Source of the DNA: Pseudobdellovibrionaceae bacterium
Lineage (GTDB): Bacteria; Bdellovibrionota; Bdellovibrionia; Bdellovibrionales; Bdellovibrionaceae
Length of the DNA: 47,805 bases
Direction of reading: 5' to 3'
Assembly: GCA_947374445.1 (NCBI GenBank)
Contig: CANCBY010000001.1
Location: 1 to 47,805, forward strand
Below the pieces are notes generated by a model. That model saw only the letters and a list, made by a program, of their open reading frames with translations. It had not been told where the DNA came from and did not search any database. Positions 16,212 to 24,881 of the stretch are shown piece by piece. The position numbers and the translations under genes were made by a program. The first letter of the stretch is position 1, and every line of letters starts with the position of its first letter.

Positions 16212-17357
16212 ATGTCACTCAATCAATTTAAGAGACAGTTCTCAGTTTCAAATCAGGGACTTATTCATTTAAATAATGCCGGATTGTCTTTGACCTCGAA
16301 ATCGGCTGCAGATCAGGTCCGGTACTGGGTCGAGAGATTTCAGCAAGAAGGCATGCACTGCAATGATGACTACATGGAGGCAGCCGAAGTTGCTCGGAAA
16401 CACTTGGCAAAATTAGCAGGAGCCGACTCGAAAGAGGTAGCATTTTTTCAGAGCACAGCAGGGGCCATTTCGCAAGTTGCCTTTGGGCTTGAGTTCAAAG
16501 CAAGCGATGAAATTTTAGTTTGGGATCAAGAGTACGCCTCAAATTTGTACCCCTGGAAGGCGGCTTGCGATCGCTCAGGAGCAAAACTGATTCGCGCTAC
16601 GAGCGCGAGCGATGGTTCAACTCCTCTTGAGAAACTGATTTCTTGTGTGACAGATAAGACCAAGCTCATTGCTGTGTCATGGGTTCAATTTCAGACGGGG
16701 GCGATGACTGATATAGCGGCGCTTGCTGAGTTTGCAAAGTCTCGCGGAATTTGGACTGTGGTTGATGTGATTCAAGGTTTGGGATTGCTGCCGTTTGATT
16801 TTCACAGCGTTGGTGTTGATGCTGTCTGTGGTGGCAGTCATAAGTGGCTTGTGAGTCCAGTTGGTGTTGGTTTTCTTATCCTAAAAAAAGAGCGCCTTGC
16901 AGATTTAAAACCACTCAGTGTAGGTGCGATGACTTATGGGTCTTGTGATGATCCATCCGATTTAAGCTGCTTGCCAAAGTTTGATGCCACCAGATTTGAA
17001 GCTGGGGCAAAGCAGGTGCTTGAGATCACGGCTTTGGGGGCCTCTTGTAAGCTCATTCAAGCCTGCGGAGTCGAGCTGCTTCAGGTCGAAGCTTATCGAC
17101 TGGCTCATATTTTGAGAGAAGGGTTGCGATCACAAGGATATGTGATTTATCAACCGCTTAATTTTCAACAAGCCTTTGTTAATTTTGCTTTGCCTCCGAG
17201 TACGGCTTCAGATTTTGGGCGTGAGCAAATTGCACATGCGCTTGCACAAAATAAAATCAGTTATGCCCTGCGAGGGCCAGGCTTACGGCTTTCTCCTCAT
17301 GCCTTTAATTCAGAGCAAGATATTGAGTTTGCACTTCGGGTTTTAAAAAGGAGCTGA
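16212..17357 (+). CDS. ovoB: class V aminotransferase-fold PLP enzyme, probable ovothiol C-S (sulfoxide) lyase OvoB
   Basis: Cysteine-desulfurase-like fold with a PLP-lysine context GGSHKWLVSPVGVGFL. Lies directly downstream of ovoA. Confidence 0.6.
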   Translation: MSLNQFKRQFSVSNQGLIHLNNAGLSLTSKSAADQVRYWVERFQQEGMHCNDDYMEAAEVARKHLAKLAGADSKEVAFFQSTAGAISQVAFGLEFKASDEILVWDQEYASNLYPWKAACDRSGAKLIRATSASDGSTPLEKLISCVTDKTKLIAVSWVQFQTGAMTDIAALAEFAKSRGIWTVVDVIQGLGLLPFDFHSVGVDAVCGGSHKWLVSPVGVGFLILKKERLADLKPLSVGAMTYGSCDDPSDLSCLPKFDATRFEAGAKQVLEITALGASCKLIQACGVELLQVEAYRLAHILREGLRSQGYVIYQPLNFQQAFVNFALPPSTASDFGREQIAHALAQNKISYALRGPGLRLSPHAFNSEQDIEFALRVLKRS

Positions 17358-18931
17358 TGGGCGTATTGATTCGCCGCTATGACCGCAAAATTGCAATCTA
17401 TTGGCTCATGACTCAAACAACGTGTACTCGATTTAAAAACAAGTTATTTTCAAGTTCTGCAAAAATGGTGTCGATTTTTTTGACATCTGTTCTACTATTT
17501 TTTGCTACCTTCAATGCTAGAGCTTCTATCTCTATCAATGCAATGGCGCCCCTATTAGTGGGGCAACCTCAGGCTCCAGAGAGTTCTGAAAGCGCTCCGG
17601 CCTGGGAGAATTTTCGCCATCAATTGCGAGTGCTCAAGCAAAAAGGTGTGCAAGCGATTTCGACGGATATTTGGTGGGGGCTTATCGAAGCTAGAGCGCC
17701 TGGGCAGTTTGAGTGGGCTTACTATAAAAAAATGTCGTCGGTGATTCGTTCTGAGGGTTTGCGATGGGTTCCGATTCTTTCATTTCATCAGCTGGGTGGA
17801 AATGTCGGAGATGTCGGCTACATGCCAGTCCCATCTTGGGTTTGGTCGCGTTTTCGCAATCAGCCACAGGACTTCAAGAGCGAAGCAGACCTAATGTTTA
17901 AGAGCGAACAAGGAAATACGTCCAAAGAATACATTTCGTTCTGGGCCACTGATCTGGTTAAAGAAGATTATAAAAGAGTGATGACTTCGTTTCGAGATCA
18001 GTTTGCTGGTGATGCCGATATTGTCGATGAGATTAATATCTCGTTAGGGCCTTCGGGCGAGCTTCGTTATCCTTCTTACAATGCTCACGATCAGAATGTG
18101 AATTATCCATCGAGGGGAGCATTGCAGTCGTATTCGGATCCTGCGATCAATTCTTTTCGAAATGCAATGATCGCAAAATACAAGAATGTTGAATCCTTAG
18201 ACAAGGCTTGGGGATTTGGGCTGACTAGTTTTGCGGATGTATTCCCGCCAAAGCCAGAGCTTTTGCAAGGTCCTTTTTGGCAAAACAAAGAACAGTTTTC
18301 TAGCTACGGAAAAGATTTTTTTGACTGGTACAATCAGTCCTTAGTAGATCACGGGCAAAAAGTTTTAAGATGGGCGGACTCGGTTTTTTCTGCAAATGGC
18401 TCTAGTTTTGCCAAAACGGCTTTGGGTGGCAAGGTGCCAGGAGTGCATTGGCGCATGTCGTCTGATCGTTTGGCAGAACTAACGGCTGGGCTGATTCGAA
18501 CATCTTATGCCGATTGGTTTTCGCCTCAAGCAAGTTATGGCTATCTGGACACCATGAAGGTCTTCTCTAAAATACCTTCTAAAAATTTAAATATGAAGCT
18601 AGTTATGCATTTCACCGCTATTGAAATGGATGATAATCGCGATGGCCCGATGGCCGCTTCTTTAGCAAAAAGTTTGGTGGGGTGGATAGGTGATTCCGCT
18701 TACAGGCTTGGAATTGAGCTTAAAGGCGAGAATGCTTTAGCCGGCGAACTTTCAAATCAGGGAGCTTGGAGCAATATGTTTGACGCGATTTCGCAGCACC
18801 ATTACTCCGGCGTTACGTTGCTTCGGTCCAACGAAATTGTCGGCAACCCATCGCGAGAGCAATTTTTGAGCGTGCTTAAAGGTCAGACTCAGGGTTTCGG
18901 TCGATTACGCTGTTCCGGAATACTTTGGTAG
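17357..18931 (+). CDS. beta-amylase (glycoside hydrolase family 14), secreted
   Basis: GH14 signatures [46 protein letters not shown] (catalytic Glu context) and GENALAG (second catalytic Glu context). The signal peptide is internal to the ORF-track N-terminus ([20 protein letters not shown]), so the true start may be 17408 or 17465. Confidence 0.8.
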   Translation: MGVLIRRYDRKIAIYWLMTQTTCTRFKNKLFSSSAKMVSIFLTSVLLFFATFNARASISINAMAPLLVGQPQAPESSESAPAWENFRHQLRVLKQKGVQAISTDIWWGLIEARAPGQFEWAYYKKMSSVIRSEGLRWVPILSFHQLGGNVGDVGYMPVPSWVWSRFRNQPQDFKSEADLMFKSEQGNTSKEYISFWATDLVKEDYKRVMTSFRDQFAGDADIVDEINISLGPSGELRYPSYNAHDQNVNYPSRGALQSYSDPAINSFRNAMIAKYKNVESLDKAWGFGLTSFADVFPPKPELLQGPFWQNKEQFSSYGKDFFDWYNQSLVDHGQKVLRWADSVFSANGSSFAKTALGGKVPGVHWRMSSDRLAELTAGLIRTSYADWFSPQASYGYLDTMKVFSKIPSKNLNMKLVMHFTAIEMDDNRDGPMAASLAKSLVGWIGDSAYRLGIELKGENALAGELSNQGAWSNMFDAISQHHYSGVTLLRSNEIVGNPSREQFLSVLKGQTQGFGRLRCSGILW

Positions 18932-20200
18932 ATCTACGACAAAACGAGTGTTTTTGCTCTCACTGTCGTACATGAAGTGGCCCTGGTGGGCTTCGATAAT
19001 TCCTTTTGAAATGCTGAGTCCTAATCCAGTTCCTTTGCCGACAGCTTTAGTTGTAAAAAATGGCTCCATTATTTTTTTTGCAATGGCAGGTGGAATGCCG
19101 GGGCCGCAATCGGTGATTGAAATGTGAACTCTGTCGTGAGTTTGATGGATGTCGAGCTTGATCCAAAGATCCATTGTTTCAATCGAACTTTTGGCTAAGG
19201 AATCAAGTGCGTCAGCGGAGTTGTTAAGGAGATTGAGAACAACTTGTGCAATTTCGTGTTGCCGGCAGTTGATATGACAATCAATTTTATCAGGTGCTAT
19301 CAAGCGCACGCCATGGTGATTGAGTTTATCTTGGCAGAGATTAAGAACGTCCTCTAAAATTTCTGCAATCGGCGTCGGTACCATCGGATCCATTTCACCG
19401 CTGCGGGAGAAGTTCTTGAGGCCTCTTACAATTTTCGAGATGCGCTCAGCAGTGTGTTCAATTTTTTTCAAGTCATTTATAAGATCTTCAGAAGAGACAT
19501 TTCCAGATCTTAATTTTCTTTGCAAGACAGAAGCTTTTCCTAAAATGACCGCCAGTGGATTGTTAATTTCGTGCGCGATACCACCGGACATTTCGCCAAG
19601 AGCGACAAATTTATTCGAGACGATCAGGCGTTTTTGAAAATCAACCAAAGAATAAAAGAATGTGTAAACTAAAATTGCAGTGATGGCATATGCGCCAAAA
19701 AAATTAGAATAATACAGAAAGCCAAATTGTGTTGGATTGAGCTCCGGACTGTGAGATGTAAATTCAAAGCCTAGCATTCGTGGAATAAACCAAAGAGCTA
19801 AAGGCCAAAATGTACCAAAGGCAATAAACTTATGTTCGCTGATATCATAAACCAAAAAACCTATCAGTGAAGCGGGTAAAAAATAGGTCTCCGCATTTAT
19901 TCTTTGATGAAAATAGATATCTGAAAGCGAAATGGCTAGGTTGCAGGTGATCATTAAAATGTGACGGCTGACTAAAAATCTAAATTTTGAATTGGCCCAG
20001 AATACAGCAAGAAGAGAAGTCATTCCCAGAAACATTCCGAGCGCTAATATTTTTTGTTCTAAGAACCAATAGGTAAAAAAATAGTAGGTAAATGCGGCAA
20101 AAATATAAGCTGTAAATGTATTTGTAAGAACAATTTTTTCGGCCAGAAATGGAGAGATATCGTTGTTATTAAAAACGCCTAAGGTGAAAATTTTCATCAT
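18905..20200 (-). CDS. sensor histidine kinase with a multi-pass membrane N-terminal domain
   Basis: About 6 TM helices. HisKA H-box [14 protein letters not shown]. HATPase_c N, G1 and G2 boxes ([31 protein letters not shown]). No response regulator lies nearby. Confidence 0.85.
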   Translation of the reverse strand: MMKIFTLGVFNNNDISPFLAEKIVLTNTFTAYIFAAFTYYFFTYWFLEQKILALGMFLGMTSLLAVFWANSKFRFLVSRHILMITCNLAISLSDIYFHQRINAETYFLPASLIGFLVYDISEHKFIAFGTFWPLALWFIPRMLGFEFTSHSPELNPTQFGFLYYSNFFGAYAITAILVYTFFYSLVDFQKRLIVSNKFVALGEMSGGIAHEINNPLAVILGKASVLQRKLRSGNVSSEDLINDLKKIEHTAERISKIVRGLKNFSRSGEMDPMVPTPIAEILEDVLNLCQDKLNHHGVRLIAPDKIDCHINCRQHEIAQVVLNLLNNSADALDSLAKSSIETMDLWIKLDIHQTHDRVHISITDCGPGIPPAIAKKIMEPFFTTKAVGKGTGLGLSISKGIIEAHQGHFMYDSESKNTRFVVDLPKYSGTA

Positions 20201-20330
20201 TCTTTTTTCGGACGATTAATGAAGTTTCGCGAGGTCTGGTTGTATTAACTGAATCTGCTTTGTTAGATATTGGCTTTTAATTTAAAAATTTCATTTAAAG
20301 TAAACTTAAAACCAAGACCTAGGTTGGGTT

Positions 20331-21023
20331 TTAGATAAAGCCTGAGGCAATATTGATTGTGAGTGCCAAGATAGTTGTGTTGAAAAAATAGGCTAATAAG
20401 CAGTGTGCTAGTCCCAATCGGCGCATGTCTTTTGAAGCAAAGCTCACATCTGCTGTTTGCCCTGAGGTTCCAATAATGCAAGCCAAGTAAAGAAAGTCAC
20501 TGTACTCAAGCTCGTCGTTTCCAGGAAAAATCAATCCGCCTTGTCTTTTGTGTGCAAGGTCCCGGTAATAGTCATGGGCATAATGAAGAGCAAACATCAG
20601 ATGAATAAAAAACCATGAGTTGGCAATAGTCGCGCCTGCCAATGCGATGTGATAAAATTTCAAGTACCCGGTGCTGTTTTTAACAACCCCTAATTCAAGG
20701 ACAATAGCTCCTAAAGATGAGATTGCTGCAATCGCCACTAAGATCAGAACGACAAACTTTCCTTCATCAAGTATCCGAGCTCGAATGTACATTTTTTCAG
20801 CTGTAGACGAAAAAATCATTTTCAATGATAAAAAAAGATAAAGTGCGGTTCCCATGTTCCAGCCGACGATCGCTCTGGTGACCTGATGCTTCGCGAAGTC
20901 TTCTGGTAAAAAAATGCTCACCGCTACCCCAACAAAAATAGATAGAAAAAGTCTTGGCCGTCCGATCAGCAGGCGCAAGACGAGAGGACGAGTATGATGT
21001 GTTGAAGGGTCAAGATTGAACAT
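20331..21023 (-). CDS. DUF1345 family membrane protein
   Basis: IHLMFALHYAHDYY...GGLIFPGNDELEYSDFLYLACIIGTSGQTADVS matches the DUF1345 core. Confidence 0.7.
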   Translation of the reverse strand: MFNLDPSTHHTRPLVLRLLIGRPRLFLSIFVGVAVSIFLPEDFAKHQVTRAIVGWNMGTALYLFLSLKMIFSSTAEKMYIRARILDEGKFVVLILVAIAAISSLGAIVLELGVVKNSTGYLKFYHIALAGATIANSWFFIHLMFALHYAHDYYRDLAHKRQGGLIFPGNDELEYSDFLYLACIIGTSGQTADVSFASKDMRRLGLAHCLLAYFFNTTILALTINIASGFI

Positions 21024-21025
21024 GC

Positions 21026-21436
21026 TTAGTTATGATGTAAATCGGTTGTTCCGGCCATTGCTACGATGATGTTATCATAAGCGGCTATATTTATTCGCTG
21101 TGCAACGATCGCGCCTTTTGCGTTGTAGACAAAAAGATCGTCTAGATCTCCGCCGTCGGATTCTTTGGATTCCTTTATAGTGACTGAAAACCATTCGCCA
21201 TCGATGAATATCTGGGCCTTGTCCTGAGCAAGGATTCTTAAGCTAGAACAGACAGATTTGTAGCCGGTGACTTTTTTGTCATTGCCTTGGCTTGCAATGG
21301 ATTGAATTGCACACTTTTTGGTTTCTTCTTTGATATCGAGCAGAAGTTCTTTTTTTGCGCCTGATAGAGCGGCCCAAGCGTTGACGGAGGCGGATACAGC
21401 GATCACAAAAAGTGCAAGCAAGTTAGTTTTTTTCAT
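21026..21436 (-). CDS. secreted hypothetical protein
   Basis: Signal peptide MKKTNLLALFVIAVSASVNAWA. No family recognised. Confidence 0.5.
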   Translation of the reverse strand: MKKTNLLALFVIAVSASVNAWAALSGAKKELLLDIKEETKKCAIQSIASQGNDKKVTGYKSVCSSLRILAQDKAQIFIDGEWFSVTIKESKESDGGDLDDLFVYNAKGAIVAQRINIAAYDNIIVAMAGTTDLHHN

Positions 21437-21476
21437 AAGGTTCCTTTTTTATAAGTACAATCTAGAAAGTGTATGG

Positions 21477-21953
21477 TTAGTATTTAATTCCATTAAGAAT
21501 AACGTATCCCGGTTCATGGCCGCTCGGACTTCTGTGAACCCAGTGTATGATCGCTCCATCCGGAGAAGGTGGATAGGATCCTGTTTGTCCTATCGACGTG
21601 ATATAGTCTCCACAGGCCTCTGCAGTGTCGCCAATTTTTGGGGTTGGTAGCTTTCCAAAAGAAAGATTATAAATGACTTCGATGTGATCATTGGCTTGTG
21701 GCCCAATCTTAAGCGAGAAATGCCTGTGCCCTGAATGATCCGGGAAAAGCTGATCTACTTGGCCTTGTATTCGAGCTCTTGCTAAATAGGCGTTGGAAGT
21801 GCTTGTCTTCCAACTTAGGACTTGAGTGTTGATGATATCTAAAGCCTTGCCGTGATCTAAGCAGGTTTCGTCCACTTGCACAGGGTTGGCAAAGACATGA
21901 ACGCTAGAAATAGATATTAGAATTAACGCTATAAGAGAAAATAAAGATTTCAT
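21477..21953 (-). CDS. DUF3465 family secreted protein
   Basis: Signal peptide plus the C-terminal IIHWVHRSPSGHEPGYVILNGIKY, which is like the DUF3465 HWTH...H..GWI signature. Confidence 0.6.
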   Translation of the reverse strand: MKSLFSLIALILISISSVHVFANPVQVDETCLDHGKALDIINTQVLSWKTSTSNAYLARARIQGQVDQLFPDHSGHRHFSLKIGPQANDHIEVIYNLSFGKLPTPKIGDTAEACGDYITSIGQTGSYPPSPDGAIIHWVHRSPSGHEPGYVILNGIKY

Positions 21954-21984
21954 AGAGGCCTTTTTTTAGGGTTTGAAGTTCAGG

Positions 21985-22848
21985 CTAAAATTGGTTGTCT
22001 GAATGGCATTGCATTGGCTCAAGAGTCGGATAGTTGTCATCAAAGGAGTATTTCAAAAAGCTTTTAAAGCTAATTCCTTTTCCAGCTACAATTTGAATTT
22101 TCTCGGGCAAAAAGAGTTCAAAGCGATCGTGTTCTTTAGGGTTGAGACTGTATTTCACGTATCCGCTGAGCTCTGGGCTGTGTGTGATTATTGTCTGTGG
22201 ACGGATTGGCGTCTGAGTCGTCAGAACTTCATGTTCACCATCTGTTTCAAGCAAATGAACACTGGCTTTTAAGATAATGCCGGTGGATAAACGCACAACA
22301 TGTACGACGGTCGATTTTTCAGATTTGCAGTCTAGGTGTTGTTCGCTTGAGCCCGACATTGCGAATACCGAATCGGTAACTAGGTTCGTGTTTCCATCAT
22401 TTGAAGACAACAGTTTACTGGTGAACCATGCGTGCACTTTTTGTACTGCAACAGCTTGCGACATCGTGCCAGCTCGCATGCCAATACAAATTTCATTTTC
22501 TAAAATATCTTTTTGTCGGGCTTCAGCAATAGGCTGCGGCCAAAGATTTTGCAGATTATTGGATCCACCGGCGCAAAGAGGAATCAGATGATCAAATTCG
22601 TATTTAGACCAGTCGCCTTCTAGGATTCCGCCATAATTTTTTGCGACGACTTGCTTTTCTGCCGTTGCGATATTGCGGTTGCAGCGAGCGATTTTTTCGG
22701 GATAGTCAAATCCTTGAAAATCAGCATCCGACGATGTGCAAAGAATTCCAGGAGTGAGCTTTTCATCTGGAGCCGAAAAGGCAAATGCTCTTGGCGTGAA
22801 TGCTAGAGCTAAAAAAGCACAAATAGTGTAAAAGTAAAAGTGTTTGAT
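21985..22848 (-). CDS. secreted HNH-like nuclease domain protein with an unknown C-terminal domain; apparent AUC start
   Basis: The frame is open from TGA (22863-22861) to 21985. The N-terminus KHFYFYTICAFLALAFTPRAFA is a signal peptide. The HNH-type motif EFDHLIPLCAGGSNNLQNLWPQP lies upstream of the ORF-track Met (22479). GGGGAGG sits 5 nt before ATC 22848-22846. No ATG/GTG/TTG occurs in the first 123 codons. Confidence 0.6.
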   Translation of the reverse strand: MKHFYFYTICAFLALAFTPRAFAFSAPDEKLTPGILCTSSDADFQGFDYPEKIARCNRNIATAEKQVVAKNYGGILEGDWSKYEFDHLIPLCAGGSNNLQNLWPQPIAEARQKDILENEICIGMRAGTMSQAVAVQKVHAWFTSKLLSSNDGNTNLVTDSVFAMSGSSEQHLDCKSEKSTVVHVVRLSTGIILKASVHLLETDGEHEVLTTQTPIRPQTIITHSPELSGYVKYSLNPKEHDRFELFLPEKIQIVAGKGISFKSFLKYSFDDNYPTLEPMQCHSDNQF

Positions 22849-23010
22849 AAAGACCTCCCCTCAAAGGTGGTCGAATGATAGCCACCGACAACTTGATTGC
22901 AATCAAATAAGAGATAAAGTTTTCTTTGAATGCTATAAGTTATTTTACTACCTTTTTGGGTAGTGGATTGTTGCTCCATGCTAAAACTGCGGCGGGATTA
23001 TGAGTAAGCT

Positions 23011-23871
23011 ATGAGTTTTCAAATTACAGTGGTCGTTCCAACACATAGGCGCTCGCAGAAATTAGAACTCTGCCTAATGAGCATTTCTAAACAGGCGTTG
23101 GCAGAAAAAATCAATTTGCAGTTGTTGATTGTGGATAACTCCACCTCACCCAATGATTCTCTTGAAATTCAGAATTTAATTCATAGTTTTTGTGCAGCGC
23201 AGGTTTTCCGCACTACTACCGGAGTTAATGCTGCTCGTAATAAAGGACTCAAAAATGCAGAGGCAAACATCGTGTTGTTTATTGATGACGACTGCGTGCT
23301 TTTAGGTCCTGGGTTTATTCAGAAGCATATCGACTTTCATCAAAACAACTCTTTGGCTTTTGCCGCCGGCGGCCAATATTTGGTTGGCAGCAATGCAAAT
23401 TATATTGAAAGAGAGTATGTGCTAGCGCAACGAGCTTGGCTGTGTCGAGGACAGGTCTCGGGATCACAGGAGGTTCGTTTTTTATTGGGAGGAAATCTCT
23501 CAATAAAAAAAGAGGTAGCCTCGAAAAATAATATATTTTTCGATGAAAAGATTGTTTACGGAGGCTCTGAAACTGAGTTTTTCGTGCAGGCTTTGCGCCT
23601 TGGTTTGATGAGCTTTCGAATCGAAGCGGATCTTTCTCACGATTGCAAAATGAACTTTGCGGAGTACTGCCGTAAAGCCTTTCGTCAAGGTCGTGGCAAG
23701 GCTTACCGAGAAAAAAAATGGGGGCGTGAAGTCTGCAATAAATTGTACATTCAAAAAACCTTTGAAAATCAAAAAAATGGTTCGATTCAAATTTCAAAAT
23801 GGGTGCTGAAGTCTGCTCAGTCCTATTTTTTTAAAAAAGGCTATTCAGAGGGGTGGAAGCAGAAAGATTGA
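23011..23871 (+). CDS. family 2 glycosyltransferase
   Basis: ITVVVPTHRR..., LLIVDNSTSPNDS and the IVLFIDDDCVL (DxD) GT-A motifs. Confidence 0.8.
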   Translation: MSFQITVVVPTHRRSQKLELCLMSISKQALAEKINLQLLIVDNSTSPNDSLEIQNLIHSFCAAQVFRTTTGVNAARNKGLKNAEANIVLFIDDDCVLLGPGFIQKHIDFHQNNSLAFAAGGQYLVGSNANYIEREYVLAQRAWLCRGQVSGSQEVRFLLGGNLSIKKEVASKNNIFFDEKIVYGGSETEFFVQALRLGLMSFRIEADLSHDCKMNFAEYCRKAFRQGRGKAYREKKWGREVCNKLYIQKTFENQKNGSIQISKWVLKSAQSYFFKKGYSEGWKQKD

Positions 23872-23883
23872 TTCTTTTTGCGG

Positions 23884-24759
23884 CTAAAGAACCATTAGTT
23901 TCACACTGTCTTTGGTTGAAAAACGCAATTGCCCCGATGGAACATCCATTTTAAAAAATACGAGTGGGTACCAATGGACTCGGGCCGAAGTTTCATTGAA
24001 TCGTGCTGCTTGTAGCTTTTTGTCTTGGTGGATGATCAAATATGAAACTTCGACGGCATCAACACCTTCAAGAGCAGGGTTGTTCTCGGTGTAAGTGTAG
24101 GGTGCTTCAGTCAGTTGCAGCATGCTCACTTCAGGAAGACTAAAGTATTTGTTCCCCTCAGCGGAAAGATCGCGGCCACGAAGACCTGGGTGCACTTGGC
24201 TCAGTAAGAGTTCCATCTCAAGCAAATGAATATCTTCAAAAAATATCTTTTCAGGCAGGGTGTGCTGTTCAATAGGCTTATAGATAAGCTGAATTTTTTC
24301 AGGAAGAAATATACCCCCAGGCTTCAAGAAGCGTTTCGCATCGATCAAAGTAGGTACAACTTCTTCGCCAAATGGGTCCGAGCCAAAAAGCTCATGCAGG
24401 ATCACATCGACCTGAGGTATTTCGTCGCTTCGAATCGCTTTAGAGTTTTTCGGGATGAGCTGAACTTTTTCTTCGATACCGAGTCGTTTAAAAAGCTGCT
24501 GGGCTGCCATGGCGAGGAGTGGGTTTTCTTCGCAGCAAATAATTTTTTTTGCTCCATGTTTAACTGCAAGAGCTGCCATCAAGCCGCTGCCAGTGCCAAT
24601 TTCGAGCACGACTTTATCTTGGCAATGATTTTTGATCATATCCCTGTAAAATTGGCTTCGCTCCTGGTTGATAAGCATGTCGTAGTGCCAAGAGTGAATG
24701 TAGCGCAAAGGTGGCTGTCCTGAGTTTTGCTCTTTGGAATTCTCGTTTGAAGTGGTCAT
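23884..24759 (-). CDS. protein arginine N-methyltransferase-like class I SAM methyltransferase
   Basis: The PRMT-style pre-motif YIHSWHYDMLINQERSQFYRDMIKN resembles H..ML.D..R...Y..AI. Motif I is VVLEIGTGSGLMAALAVKHGAKKIICCE. The segment DVILHELFGSDPFGEE has two Glu separated by 8 residues (double-E loop spacing). Confidence 0.65.
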   Translation of the reverse strand: MTTSNENSKEQNSGQPPLRYIHSWHYDMLINQERSQFYRDMIKNHCQDKVVLEIGTGSGLMAALAVKHGAKKIICCEENPLLAMAAQQLFKRLGIEEKVQLIPKNSKAIRSDEIPQVDVILHELFGSDPFGEEVVPTLIDAKRFLKPGGIFLPEKIQLIYKPIEQHTLPEKIFFEDIHLLEMELLLSQVHPGLRGRDLSAEGNKYFSLPEVSMLQLTEAPYTYTENNPALEGVDAVEVSYLIIHQDKKLQAARFNETSARVHWYPLVFFKMDVPSGQLRFSTKDSVKLMVL

Positions 24760-24881
24760 ATGTTGAGACTAGGCGTTCAAGCCCCTTATTGGAATCCTTT
24801 TAGTTTTAGAATTAGCATGCATAGCGTTGACCGAGAAAAACAAATGTCAAGCTTTGGTCATATCGATACGCTCATACGTCT

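Noticed and set aside
23315-24723. 160-aa and 96-aa ORFs antisense to the GT2 gene, and a 165-aa ORF antisense to the PRMT-like gene.
   Set aside because: The opposite-strand products have clear family motifs. These have none and lack RBSs.
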